64,000 nt of DNA from assembly GCA_902627735.1 (NCBI GenBank), contig CACOKI010000003.1, positions 3,788 through 67,787 on the forward strand. Reading direction: 5' to 3'. Below, piece after piece: positions 10,420 through 19,737 of the stretch. The notes beneath the pieces are model-generated. The model was not told the DNA's origin, searched no databases, and was given only the letters and a program-made list of their open reading frames with translations. Position 1 is the first letter of the stretch. Each line of letters opens with the position of its first letter. The translations under genes and the position numbers were made by a program. This stretch comes from an uncultured Pelagibacteraceae bacterium. Its GTDB lineage: Bacteria > Pseudomonadota > Alphaproteobacteria > Pelagibacterales > Pelagibacteraceae.

Positions 10420-11166
10420 TTATAAGAAAAGCTTTATACCTATTCTTATAGAAACAAAAATAACTAATAGAGATGTCATTATAGTCAAAGTCCGATTTGA
10501 AAGTATTTTAAGATTTAAATAATTTCCAATAAAACCACCTATTAAAACGCTTAAAAAAAGTGTCCAGTAATTAGTTAACTCATAAAAAGTATTTTCCTTC
10601 ATAAATTGACCTAAAATTCCTGATATCGAATTAATTAAAATAAAAAGAGAAGCTGTTGTTGCAATTACTTTTGGTTTTTCTGCTTTTAGTAAAAAAAGTA
10701 TAGGGCTCAGAAATATACCCCCTCCAATACCCACAATTCCAGAAACCAGTCCAAGAATTGAGCCAATTATAAAAGAATAAATAGAATTAAGTTTTTTAAT
10801 TATTAAATTATTTTTTTCGTAAGATTTATTATTTATTAGTAATAATATGCCAGCTATTGATAGGACAAAAAATAAAAGTATTTCAAAAATTTCTTTTTCA
10901 ATTTTTAATGATCCTCCAATAAAAGCAAAAGGAATAGAACCTACTAAAAATGGAACTAATAACTTAAAATTATGATTGCCAGCCCTAATATAATTAAAGG
11001 AATTTCCAGATACAACTATGATATTACATATAAGTGCTATGACAGGAAAAATATAATATGGAATTTCCCAAATCAATAATAAAGCTAAATATGTAGATCC
11101 ACCTCCAAATCCAACACTAGAGTATAAAATAGCTGTTATAAAAAATAATACTGATAATATAATCAT
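10420..11166 (-). CDS. TauE/SafE-family sulfite exporter / TSUP permease
   Basis: SSVGFGGGS and GIVGIGGGIFLSP repeats, 8 TM helices. Confidence 0.88.
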   Translation of the reverse strand: MIILSVLFFITAILYSSVGFGGGSTYLALLLIWEIPYYIFPVIALICNIIVVSGNSFNYIRAGNHNFKLLVPFLVGSIPFAFIGGSLKIEKEIFEILLFFVLSIAGILLLINNKSYEKNNLIIKKLNSIYSFIIGSILGLVSGIVGIGGGIFLSPILFLLKAEKPKVIATTASLFILINSISGILGQFMKENTFYELTNYWTLFLSVLIGGFIGNYLNLKILSNRTLTIMTSLLVIFVSIRIGIKLFL

Positions 11167-11180
11167 ATAAAAAATTTTTT

Positions 11181-11681
11181 ATGAAAGTAAATATTGCACT
11201 ATTAACTGTAACAGATACTAGAACAATTGATAATGATAAATCTGGTGGAATTCTAGTAAATAAATTTAAAGAGGCAAATCACAATCTAATTGAAAGAAAA
11301 ATATGTAAAGACAATAAAGATGATATAGTTGTCATTTTAAGAGAATGGTTAAAGAATGAAAAAGTTGATGTCATTATAACTACTGGAGGTACAGGTCTTA
11401 CTGGTAGAGACATAACACCCGAGGCATTAAATGAAGTTGCTGAAAAGCATATCCCTGGTTTTGGCGAGATATTTAGAAATATTAGTATAAAAACAGTTGG
11501 AACTTCAGCTATTCAATCTAGAGCTTGTGCTGTCTTATCTAATGGAAAATATATTTTTGCTCTACCAGGTTCTTCTGGAGGAGTAACAGATGCATGGGAA
11601 GGAATTTTAAAACATCAATTAGACATTAATCATAAACCTTGTAATTTTGTTGAATTATTTCCAAGATTAAAAGAAAAATAA
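11181..11681 (+). CDS. moaB: Molybdopterin adenylyltransferase MoaB/Mog
   Basis: LTVTDTR, DKSG, TTGGTGLTGRDITPEA, LPGS. Confidence 0.92.
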   Translation: MKVNIALLTVTDTRTIDNDKSGGILVNKFKEANHNLIERKICKDNKDDIVVILREWLKNEKVDVIITTGGTGLTGRDITPEALNEVAEKHIPGFGEIFRNISIKTVGTSAIQSRACAVLSNGKYIFALPGSSGGVTDAWEGILKHQLDINHKPCNFVELFPRLKEK

Positions 11682-11927
11682 TTATTTTTGATATTTATCT
11701 TTCCACTCTGAATAGGGCATTCCATAAATATGTTCCCTTGCATCAGGATCTGAAATAGTTATACCTTTTTTTTCAGCTTCTTCTCTGTACCACCTTGACA
11801 AACAATTTCTACAAAAGTTAGCTAAGTTCATGAGATCAATATTTTGAACATCTTTCCTTTCATCAAGATGTTTTAATAGTCTTTCAAAGGTTGCTGATTG
11901 GATTTCTATTTTTTTATTTTTATTCAT
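11682..11927 (-). CDS. DUF1244 family protein
   Basis: DVQNIDLMNLANFCRNCLSRWY, YGMPYSEWK. Confidence 0.88.
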   Translation of the reverse strand: MNKNKKIEIQSATFERLLKHLDERKDVQNIDLMNLANFCRNCLSRWYREEAEKKGITISDPDAREHIYGMPYSEWKDKYQK

Positions 11928-12044
11928 AAAAAATTATTAATGACTTTTTAAATAAGCACAAGATATAGTATTTATACAATTCAAAGTAGAAAATTAAAAT
12001 TATTACAAATAGACATGAGTAATTATTGATAGTTAAATGAAATT

Positions 12045-13784
12045 ATGGCTACGAAAAGAAAGAAAAAAGCTAAGCCAAAGACCAAAAAAATAAAAAAAAA
12101 GTTGGTCAAAACATCTAGAAAAAAAATAAGGACGAAAAAAAAAATCGTGACAAATAAGCCTGCGATTAAGAAGCGTTCTAAAAAAACTAGAAAAAATAAT
12201 AAGCTTAAAACAACAACAAAAACAAGAGGAGTAAAAAAAATGAGTGCAGAAGCTATGAAAGTGTCATCTGTTTTAGATACTTCTCATTTGAAAGTGAAAT
12301 TCCCGTTCAAATCAAAATACGGGAACTACATAAATGGTAAGTTTGTAGAGCCAAAATCTGGAAAGTATTTTGACAATACATCTCCTATTTCAAATGAAGT
12401 GATCTGTTCGATTGCACGATCAAATGAAAAAGACGTAGATGCTGCCTTAGATGCAGCTCACGCAGCTTTTCCGACTTGGGGTAAAACTTCAATCACGGAA
12501 AGATCAAACATTCTTCTTAAAATTGCTGATGTAATTGAGAAAAATCTTAATGTTTTAGCAACAGCAGAATGTTTAGATAATGGTAAACCAATAAGAGAAT
12601 GTATGGCTGCTGATTTACCTCTAGTAATAGATCACTGGAGATATTTTGCTGGAGTAATTAGAGCAGAGGAAGGTTCAGTAGCTGAAATAAGCAATAGTGA
12701 ATATTCTTATCACATTCCTGAACCACTTGGTGTAGTTGGTCAAATTATACCATGGAACTTTCCATTATTAATGGCAACTTGGAAACTTGCTCCAGCTTTA
12801 GCGGCAGGAAACTGTGTAGTGCTAAAACCAGCTGAGCAAACTCCAGCATCAATCATGTTACTTATGGAACTAATAGGAGATTTATTACCTCCAGGTGTAG
12901 TGAACGTAGTAAGTGGTTATGGTTTAGAAGCTGGTAAACCACTAGCATCATCTAAGAGAATCAAAAAGATTGCTTTTACGGGTGAAACAACGACTGGTAG
13001 ATTGATTATGCAATATGCATCACAAAACTTAATACCAATCACGTTAGAGCTAGGTGGAAAATCTCCAAACATTTTCTTTGAAGATGTCATGGCTAAAGAC
13101 GATGATTTCTTTGATAAATGTCTTGAAGGTTTTGCAATGTTCACTTTAAACCAAGGTGAAGTTTGTACTTGTCCAAGTAGAGTACTAGTTCAAGAGTCTA
13201 TCTATGATAAGTTTATGGAAAAGGCTATAGCTAGAACTAAAGCTGTTAAGCAAGATAATCCTTTAAAAATGGAGACAATGATTGGTGCACAAGCATCATT
13301 AGAACAAATGGAAAAAATCAAATCTTACCTTGATTTGGGTAAGAAAGAAGGTGCCAAAGTTCTATGTGGTGGAAATGTTGCTAAAATCAATAGTGGTTTA
13401 GAAAAAGGAAATTATATTGAGCCAACTATTTTTGAAGGTAATAATTCAATGCGTATCTTCCAAGAAGAAATTTTTGGACCAGTAGTATCGGTAACTAAAT
13501 TTAAAGATGAAGCAGAGGCATTAGAAATTGCTAATGATACACTTTATGGTTTAGGTGCAGGTGTTTGGACTAGAAATGGAAACATTGCATACAGAATGGG
13601 TAGAGAAATTCAAGCGGGTAGAGTTTGGACAAACTGTTACCATGCTTATCCTGCGCATGCTGCATTCGGTGGATACAAACAATCTGGTATCGGAAGAGAA
13701 ACACATAAAATGATGCTTAATCACTACAGACAAGTGAAAAATCTTCACGTGTCTTATAGTGAGAAAAAATTAGGCTTCTTTTAA
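12045..13784 (+). CDS. aldB: NAD-dependent (acet)aldehyde dehydrogenase, AldB/ExaC type, with Lys-rich N-terminal extension; second start at 12240
   Basis: [42 protein letters not shown]-terminal LGFF; AGAGGAG RBS before ATG 12240. Confidence 0.93.
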   Translation: MATKRKKKAKPKTKKIKKKLVKTSRKKIRTKKKIVTNKPAIKKRSKKTRKNNKLKTTTKTRGVKKMSAEAMKVSSVLDTSHLKVKFPFKSKYGNYINGKFVEPKSGKYFDNTSPISNEVICSIARSNEKDVDAALDAAHAAFPTWGKTSITERSNILLKIADVIEKNLNVLATAECLDNGKPIRECMAADLPLVIDHWRYFAGVIRAEEGSVAEISNSEYSYHIPEPLGVVGQIIPWNFPLLMATWKLAPALAAGNCVVLKPAEQTPASIMLLMELIGDLLPPGVVNVVSGYGLEAGKPLASSKRIKKIAFTGETTTGRLIMQYASQNLIPITLELGGKSPNIFFEDVMAKDDDFFDKCLEGFAMFTLNQGEVCTCPSRVLVQESIYDKFMEKAIARTKAVKQDNPLKMETMIGAQASLEQMEKIKSYLDLGKKEGAKVLCGGNVAKINSGLEKGNYIEPTIFEGNNSMRIFQEEIFGPVVSVTKFKDEAEALEIANDTLYGLGAGVWTRNGNIAYRMGREIQAGRVWTNCYHAYPAHAAFGGYKQSGIGRETHKMMLNHYRQVKNLHVSYSEKKLGFF

Positions 13785-13801
13785 AAGATAACTTATATAT
13801 A

Positions 13802-13835
13802 ATGGCCCGTGAGGAATCACGGGCCATATTTTTTT
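13802..13835 (+). terminator. Intrinsic terminator-like hairpin after aldB
   Basis: ATGGCCCGTGA-GGAA-TCACGGGCCAT perfect 11-bp stem followed by ATTTTTTT. Confidence 0.85.
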
Positions 13836-14189
13836 ATGAAAGTAAAAGCAACAGACTCAGCACTAAAACTCATAGAAGAGCTTAAAGCTCAGCATGGTGA
13901 AGAGTTATTATTTCATCAATCAGGGGGTTGTTGCGATGGAAGTGCACCAATGTGCTATCCAAGAAACGAGTACATGGTTGGGTCAAGTGATGTAAAATTG
14001 GGAGAAATTGGCGGCGTTCCCTTTTATATGAATGATGATCAATACGAAAAATGGAAACATACTGATTTAACAATTGATGCTGTTAAAGGTATTGGCGGAA
14101 TGTTTTCTTTAGATAACGGAACAGGAAAAAGATTTTTAACAAAATCTGAAATTTGTTTAGTAGTCGATAACGATAAATCTACTAATTAA
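13836..14189 (+). CDS. DUF779 family protein (AldB-associated)
   Basis: FHQSGGCCDGSAPMCY, QYEKWKHT, FSLD; ATG at 13836 preferred over the GTG inside the hairpin. Confidence 0.9.
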   Translation: MKVKATDSALKLIEELKAQHGEELLFHQSGGCCDGSAPMCYPRNEYMVGSSDVKLGEIGGVPFYMNDDQYEKWKHTDLTIDAVKGIGGMFSLDNGTGKRFLTKSEICLVVDNDKSTN

Positions 14190-14240
14190 TTTTGATGTCT
14201 CAAATGTGGTTTTCAACCATAAGTTTTTTATAAATTTTAA

Positions 14241-14573
14241 ATGAGTAATAGAGTTGATGAAAAAATTTTTGAAGAAGCTTTTGATTGGATAAATATCAAT
14301 AATAAAATTGCTTTAGTCACCGTAATCAAAACTTGGGGCTCATCTCCAAGACAAGTAGGAAGCAAAATGATCGTAAATGAAAAAGGTGATTTTTCAGGCT
14401 CTATTTCAGGTGGATGTGTAGAGTCAGCTGTTGTTGGAGAATGTATTGATTTATTAAAAAAGGATAAACTTTCAAAAAAATTAGATTTTAAAGTTTCTAA
14501 TCAAACAGCTTGGGATATAGGTTTAGCTTGTGGCGGTGAAATATCAGTTTATCTAGAACAAATTAAAAAATGA
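14241..14573 (+). CDS. XdhC/CoxI family protein, N-terminal module
   Basis: TWGSSPRQVGS, GSISGGCVE, GLACGG. Confidence 0.9.
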   Translation: MSNRVDEKIFEEAFDWININNKIALVTVIKTWGSSPRQVGSKMIVNEKGDFSGSISGGCVESAVVGECIDLLKKDKLSKKLDFKVSNQTAWDIGLACGGEISVYLEQIKK

Positions 14574-15250
14574 ACATAGAAATTTTAAAATCAATCATTG
14601 ATAATAAAAAAAAAAATTCAGATTTTGCAATTATTACCAATCTAATGACTGGTGATATAAGTATATTTAAAAAAGAATTACCCTTAAACAAAAACTTGGA
14701 AAATTATTCATCTGAAATAAACGATTTTTTTAATAATAAAAAGACGGGCATTATTGAGAATTCTGAATTATTTATAGAAACCTTTAGGAGACCAACAAAA
14801 GTGATAGTTGTTGGCGCAGTGCATATTACTCAGTATCTTATCGATTATATTAAAAACTTAAATTTTGAAATTAATATTATTGATCCTAGAGGATATTTTG
14901 CATCAAAAAAAAGATTTCCTGAAGTAAATGTAATTAATAAATGGCCAGACGAAGCTTTCAAGGAGATAGAAACTAATGAGAGCACAGCGTTAATAGCTTT
15001 AACGCATGATCCAAAAATTGATGATCCGGCACTGCAGTATGCTTTAAAGAAAAATTTTTTTTACATAGGAGCTCTTGGAAGCAAAAGAACTCATGAAAAC
15101 AGATGTGCGAGATTAAAAAAAGCTGGTTTTAGTGATGAGCAAATAAATTTAATTCATGGACCAATTGGGATTAAAATTGGTGGCAAATCAGCACCTGAAA
15201 TAGCTCTTTCAATTGTTTCTCAGTTAGTTCTTATTTCTAATAATAGATGA
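14570..15250 (+). CDS. XdhC family protein, C-terminal Rossmann module
   Basis: VGAVHI, DPR, LTHDPKIDD, YIGALGS, GPIGIKIGGKSAPEIALSI. Confidence 0.9.
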   Translation: MNIEILKSIIDNKKKNSDFAIITNLMTGDISIFKKELPLNKNLENYSSEINDFFNNKKTGIIENSELFIETFRRPTKVIVVGAVHITQYLIDYIKNLNFEINIIDPRGYFASKKRFPEVNVINKWPDEAFKEIETNESTALIALTHDPKIDDPALQYALKKNFFYIGALGSKRTHENRCARLKKAGFSDEQINLIHGPIGIKIGGKSAPEIALSIVSQLVLISNNR

Positions 15251-15814
15251 GTTTGTAAATTTTAAGCGAAATAAAAAAAGAATTATAAGTATAATCAAAA
15301 ATATTAAAGGTTTAAAAAATATAGTTTTTGACAACCAAATATAATGGAGTACTCCAAAAATTGAAATTACATAAATTAATCTGTGAAGCTTTTTCCAATT
15401 ATGTTTAAGAAGTTTAACCATTTTATCTGATGAAGTAATGGCAAGTGGTATCAATAGAAGCCATGCTGAAAAACCAATGAAAACAAATTTTTTTTTTAAT
15501 ACATCATTTATTAGGGGTGGAAAATCAAATCTATAATCTAATCCAACATAACTTAGCATATGTATTGAAGCATAAAAGAAAGCAAACAGACCAAGCATTC
15601 TTCTGAACTTTATCCATTCTATAGATTTTGTAATTTTTCTTAAAGGTGTCATTGAAAGAGTTAAAAAAATAAAAATAAGTGTCCATTCACCAAAGTGATT
15701 TATAATTCTATCAACAGGCTCAGGTCCTAATTTATCAAAAAATAATTGATAAGTGATGATATATAATGGCCAAAGAGAGATAAAAAAAACAGCAGGCTTG
15801 AAATAATTTTTCAA
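15224..15814 (-). CDS. msrQ: Heme-binding membrane subunit MsrQ (YedZ)
   Basis: LSMTPLR, RRMLGL, LAITS, WKKLHRLIY; follows msrP. Confidence 0.93.
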   Translation of the reverse strand: MKNYFKPAVFFISLWPLYIITYQLFFDKLGPEPVDRIINHFGEWTLIFIFLTLSMTPLRKITKSIEWIKFRRMLGLFAFFYASIHMLSYVGLDYRFDFPPLINDVLKKKFVFIGFSAWLLLIPLAITSSDKMVKLLKHNWKKLHRLIYVISIFGVLHYIWLSKTIFFKPLIFLIILIILFLFRLKFTNSSIIRNKN

Positions 15815-15821
15815 TTTATTC

Positions 15822-16721
15822 TTAGTAATTCTTTTTTAAGTCCATGCCACTATAGAGATGAGCAACTTCATCTCCATAACCGTTAAACATCAAAGTTTTA
15901 ATTCTTGGTGCTAAAATACTTTCTCCAATTACTCTCTCTGTAGCTTGTGACCATCTTGGATGATCAACTTCAGGATTTACATTTGAGTAAAAACCATACT
16001 CTCTTGGTGAGGCATTTTTCCAAGCAGTGTTAGGCATATTTTTTGTAAGTTTAATTTTGACAATTGATTTCGCACTTTTGAAACCATACTTCCAAGGTAT
16101 AAAAATTCTTAAAGGTGCTCCATTTTGATTTGGTAAAGATTTGCCATATAAACCTGTCACAACAGTGGTAAGAGGATGCATTGCTTCATCTAATCTCAAA
16201 CCCTCAATATAAGGCCAGTTCAAAACAGGATATCTTTGACCAACCATTTCTTCGGGATTATAAACTGTTTCAAATTCAACAAACTTTGCTGTTGGTTTAA
16301 TCTTAACTTTATTAAGTAATTCACTTAATGAAAAACCTAACCATGGAATAACCATTGACCAACCTTCAACACATCTAAGTTTTAAAATTCTTTCTTCAGA
16401 TTTAATTGCTAAAACTTCATCAATAGAAAGTTCTAGAGATTTTTCAACTTCACCTTCAATTTTAACACTCCAAGGTCTTGTAGTAAAATTTTTTGCTCTT
16501 CTATGAGGATCACTTTTACCAGTACCGAATTCATAAAAGTTATTATAAGTCGTTATATCTTCATAACTATTTGGTTCATTCAGATTATTGGCTTTAGCAT
16601 TAATTAATGGAACCGAGCTTAAAGTAAGCGCACCTAATCCGTAGCCCATAGATTTAATGAAAGATCTCCTATCATTATAAATTTTTTCAGGAGTAATGTC
16701 TGAATATTTAAACTTTTTCAT
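15822..16721 (-). CDS. msrP: Periplasmic methionine sulfoxide reductase MsrP (YedY), Tat-exported Mo enzyme
   Basis: ITPE..RRSFIK Tat signal, YNNFYEFG, RCVEGWSM, PWKYGFKS, HPRWSQATER. Confidence 0.96.
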   Translation of the reverse strand: MKKFKYSDITPEKIYNDRRSFIKSMGYGLGALTLSSVPLINAKANNLNEPNSYEDITTYNNFYEFGTGKSDPHRRAKNFTTRPWSVKIEGEVEKSLELSIDEVLAIKSEERILKLRCVEGWSMVIPWLGFSLSELLNKVKIKPTAKFVEFETVYNPEEMVGQRYPVLNWPYIEGLRLDEAMHPLTTVVTGLYGKSLPNQNGAPLRIFIPWKYGFKSAKSIVKIKLTKNMPNTAWKNASPREYGFYSNVNPEVDHPRWSQATERVIGESILAPRIKTLMFNGYGDEVAHLYSGMDLKKNY

Positions 16722-17160
16722 TGTTAATTGGATTTCCTTTTAACCAAGCACTATCCTCATTTTCGTAATGTTCTTTTTTCCATATCGGAGATCTTTTTTT
16801 AATTTCTTCAATTATATATCTTGATAGAACATAAGCTTGATCACGGTGTTTGCAAGCGACTGCGATAATTATACTTATCTCACCTAATTTTAAATGTCCT
16901 TTGGCATGTTCAATAAAAACTGCTTTATCTTTAATATTTAGCTTTTGATCTGCTTCATTGTAAATTTCTTCAAAACTTTTTATTACCATTTCGTCATGAC
17001 TATCATAAGTAATTCCGGTCACTGTTTTATTATCATTGACACTTCTTACAGTGCCTAAAAAATAAATTGATGCTCCAAACTTAGAATCTTTAATAAATTT
17101 CTCAGCGTTTAAAGTTAGTATTTTCTCTTTTTTAGTATCTACTATTTTTGTATGAAGCAT
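16708..17160 (-). CDS. moaE: Molybdopterin synthase catalytic subunit
   Basis: GASIYFLGTVR, HRDQAY, PIWKKE. Confidence 0.92.
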   Translation of the reverse strand: MLHTKIVDTKKEKILTLNAEKFIKDSKFGASIYFLGTVRSVNDNKTVTGITYDSHDEMVIKSFEEIYNEADQKLNIKDKAVFIEHAKGHLKLGEISIIIAVACKHRDQAYVLSRYIIEEIKKRSPIWKKEHYENEDSAWLKGNPINNEKV

Positions 17161-17429
17161 TAACCTCCCCCGATAGGAGGTATAATACCAATCTTTTGAT
17201 CTTTTGTGATTTTATAATTGTCGCTAATTATTTCATTATTTTCTGAACAAAATGCTGAAGATTTTACAACTTTGATAAAGTTTTCATTACCTTGAAAATT
17301 TTTATTTATATATCTAATGATTTCATTTCGTAAATCATCTATTGAAGCTTTATTTTGGATCTCAATTTCCAAGTAATCTTTTTCACTAAAATCTCGACTT
17401 GCTCCAAACAATTCCAATTTAATTTTCAA
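17160..17429 (-). CDS. moaD: Molybdopterin synthase sulfur carrier
   Basis: 89 aa, LFGA near the N-terminus, C-terminal PPIGGG. Confidence 0.9.
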   Translation of the reverse strand: MKIKLELFGASRDFSEKDYLEIEIQNKASIDDLRNEIIRYINKNFQGNENFIKVVKSSAFCSENNEIISDNYKITKDQKIGIIPPIGGG

Positions 17430-18718
17430 TTTATTTGTTTACCTTTTTTAAATGGATCTAGTAGTAGTTTTTTATGATTATATTTATATTTTTTATTATT
17501 ATAATGGAGTGAATTAACAACCAGTATTCTTGAATTTTCCATATCAATTAGAATAGCGTTTCCACCATAACCACCCATCCCAAAGATAATCTTATCTTTT
17601 AATCCTGGATAATCCATATGGAATTGACCTCCATAAGATTTGGTACGATTAAAATAAGGCTCTTCTTGTGATTTGATTCCTTTTGGTATTCTTCTTTTAT
17701 AAATTTCTTTTAAATATTTTCCAACACAAGTATCATTTTGATAATCATCCATTATAGCTTTTGCTATTCTAAGATAATCAAATCTTGTTGCCATTATGTT
17801 GGGATGTCCATTTCCAAAATGTTCATTAATACTTGTATAGCCATAACGAATGCTATTTTTGATTTTTATTTTATCATTGAAAACTTTGCTATAAAATTTG
17901 TCATAGTCTTCACCGATTTTAAATTTCATATAGTTTAAAATTAACTGAGTGACAAATCCATTGTAATTGTACCTCTCCTTAGATTTTTTGGTATTTTTGT
18001 TGTTAAAGTGAAAGCGCATGGTTGTTGCAATATCTTCATCTTCATATGCGCCTAATTTACTTGTACCATCATCAAATTCATCGATATATTTTTGATCACC
18101 AGTATTCATATTTAAAAAATTAATTAATTTTTGATCATGATAAAGAGAATCTTTTATTATAGGCCAGTCATTTACTCTAGCATCAACTCCATCAATATAA
18201 CCCTCACATATTGCGTGACCTACTAAATAAGAAGTTACTGACTTACTCATTGACATTGAATAAAATTTTGTTTCATTATTCAAAAACTCTCCTAATTGTT
18301 CTTTAGGAGAAAGTTCGTCAATTAATACTTGACCATCTTGGTAATATAAATAACTAAGGATAGCTTTGGTTTTCATTTGCTTTTTTACAAATTTATCTTC
18401 AATTAAGTTGAATTTAAAATCGTAGGAACTATTTGTCGGTTTAAACTCTTTTAAATGTTGACTTCTATCTCTATATGAATATTTCCATAAATAATAAATC
18501 AGCGTATCTCTGTTTGGGTTTGAATGATAGGCAATATTAGTAGCTGATAATGCTTTATTGTTGATTTTGATATTTAGATTGTTAGATCCTTGCTCATTTA
18601 AATATTGATGATGTCCGTTTTCAGAAAGCCACTTATCAAAAAACCAATTTAAACTCTCAGCAAATAGATTGTTTGAAGCTAATAAACTGAAAGTTAAAAT
18701 TAGAAATATTTTTTTCAT
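17426..18718 (-). CDS. Secreted serine hydrolase, beta-lactamase class C/esterase family
   Basis: Signal peptide, SMSKS (SxxK), YNYN (YxN), GMGGYGG. Confidence 0.82.
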   Translation of the reverse strand: MKKIFLILTFSLLASNNLFAESLNWFFDKWLSENGHHQYLNEQGSNNLNIKINNKALSATNIAYHSNPNRDTLIYYLWKYSYRDRSQHLKEFKPTNSSYDFKFNLIEDKFVKKQMKTKAILSYLYYQDGQVLIDELSPKEQLGEFLNNETKFYSMSMSKSVTSYLVGHAICEGYIDGVDARVNDWPIIKDSLYHDQKLINFLNMNTGDQKYIDEFDDGTSKLGAYEDEDIATTMRFHFNNKNTKKSKERYNYNGFVTQLILNYMKFKIGEDYDKFYSKVFNDKIKIKNSIRYGYTSINEHFGNGHPNIMATRFDYLRIAKAIMDDYQNDTCVGKYLKEIYKRRIPKGIKSQEEPYFNRTKSYGGQFHMDYPGLKDKIIFGMGGYGGNAILIDMENSRILVVNSLHYNNKKYKYNHKKLLLDPFKKGKQIN

Positions 18719-19185
18719 TTTTTAAGCTTAGGTGAAAATTTTAGATTTTCATATTTAAATTTAGATTTATTTTTATTAATAAAATCATCCATTAATTTGA
18801 TTTTTTCTTCTTCAAATTCTGCAACTTTTCTTTCATTAAGATCTACATATAAAGCTAGAATTTCAATAGTTGAAGCTAGAAATTTTTTCTCTTTATGTAT
18901 CATTTCCATTTTATATTGAAGTCTCTTTTTATCGTGATCAAAATAAATACAATTGATATCAACTTCATCATTTAACTGAAGTTCTTGATTATAAGTGATA
19001 TGAGACTCCACAATCATAGTACTTTTCTTAGTTGTTTTTGCAGACTCTTCTCCCATTTTGAAAATATTATTTAAAGTATCTGCACCATACTTATCAAAAA
19101 TTAAAAGATAATATGAAACATTCATATGATCATTGTAATCAATCCAATCTTTAATTACTTTTTGAGAACTTAAATAAACGGACAT
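18715..19185 (-). CDS. Hotdog-fold acyl-CoA thioesterase (4HBT-like)
   Basis: WIDYNDHMNVSYY, VESHITY. Confidence 0.85.
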   Translation of the reverse strand: MSVYLSSQKVIKDWIDYNDHMNVSYYLLIFDKYGADTLNNIFKMGEESAKTTKKSTMIVESHITYNQELQLNDEVDINCIYFDHDKKRLQYKMEMIHKEKKFLASTIEILALYVDLNERKVAEFEEEKIKLMDDFINKNKSKFKYENLKFSPKLKK

Positions 19186-19191
19186 TAAATA

Positions 19192-19737
19192 TTAAAAAAT
19201 ATTTTTTAGGAACTCAGGTAGGCCATCTGGATTTTTCCATAATCCACTTTTTCCACCTTCTTTGATTAACAACTTGACGTTATCAATTTTTAAATGGGGA
19301 TTTACTATTTTACTTAAATCATAAATAGTTATTAAAGCAGCGTTAACACCCATAATAGCTTCCATCTCAACACCTGTTTTTGCAACTGCTGAAACCACAC
19401 AGAAAACTTCCAATGAGCTATCAACTTCATTCATAATAATTTTCGTTGCGGTATGATCGATTGTAAGTGGATGGCATAAAGGAATTAGTTCACTTGTTTT
19501 TTTAACTCCTAATACAGCTGATACCTCAGCTAAAGTAATTGGGTCTCCTTTAGGCATCTTTTTGTTTTTAATTAAATCAAAAACTTCTTTTCCTACGTAA
19601 ATTTTCCCTGAAGCTAATGCTCTTCTGAATGTTTCTTTTTTAGATGAAACATCAACCATTTTAAAAGAGTTCTTCTGAAATATTTCTTTTGCCCAATCTT
19701 TAAGTTCTTCTTGATTAACAATCTTTAAATTTTTCAT
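19192..19737 (-). CDS. moaC: Cyclic pyranopterin monophosphate synthase
   Basis: MVDVSSK, LIPLCHP, TGVEMEA, IYDLSK, KEGGKSG. Confidence 0.95.
   Translation of the reverse strand: MKNLKIVNQEELKDWAKEIFQKNSFKMVDVSSKKETFRRALASGKIYVGKEVFDLIKNKKMPKGDPITLAEVSAVLGVKKTSELIPLCHPLTIDHTATKIIMNEVDSSLEVFCVVSAVAKTGVEMEAIMGVNAALITIYDLSKIVNPHLKIDNVKLLIKEGGKSGLWKNPDGLPEFLKNIF

Noticed and set aside
9508-11180. SAM-V or other riboswitch ahead of the homocysteine methyltransferase (also checked cysE, mtnP and the GcvT gene)
   Set aside because: Upstream spacers are only a few to about 80 nt, AT-rich, and show no recognisable aptamer.
14570-14573. xdhC as a frameshifted pseudogene
   Set aside because: The clean ATGA overlap falls at a domain boundary and both halves keep their motifs; two-gene XdhC arrangements occur in alphaproteobacteria.
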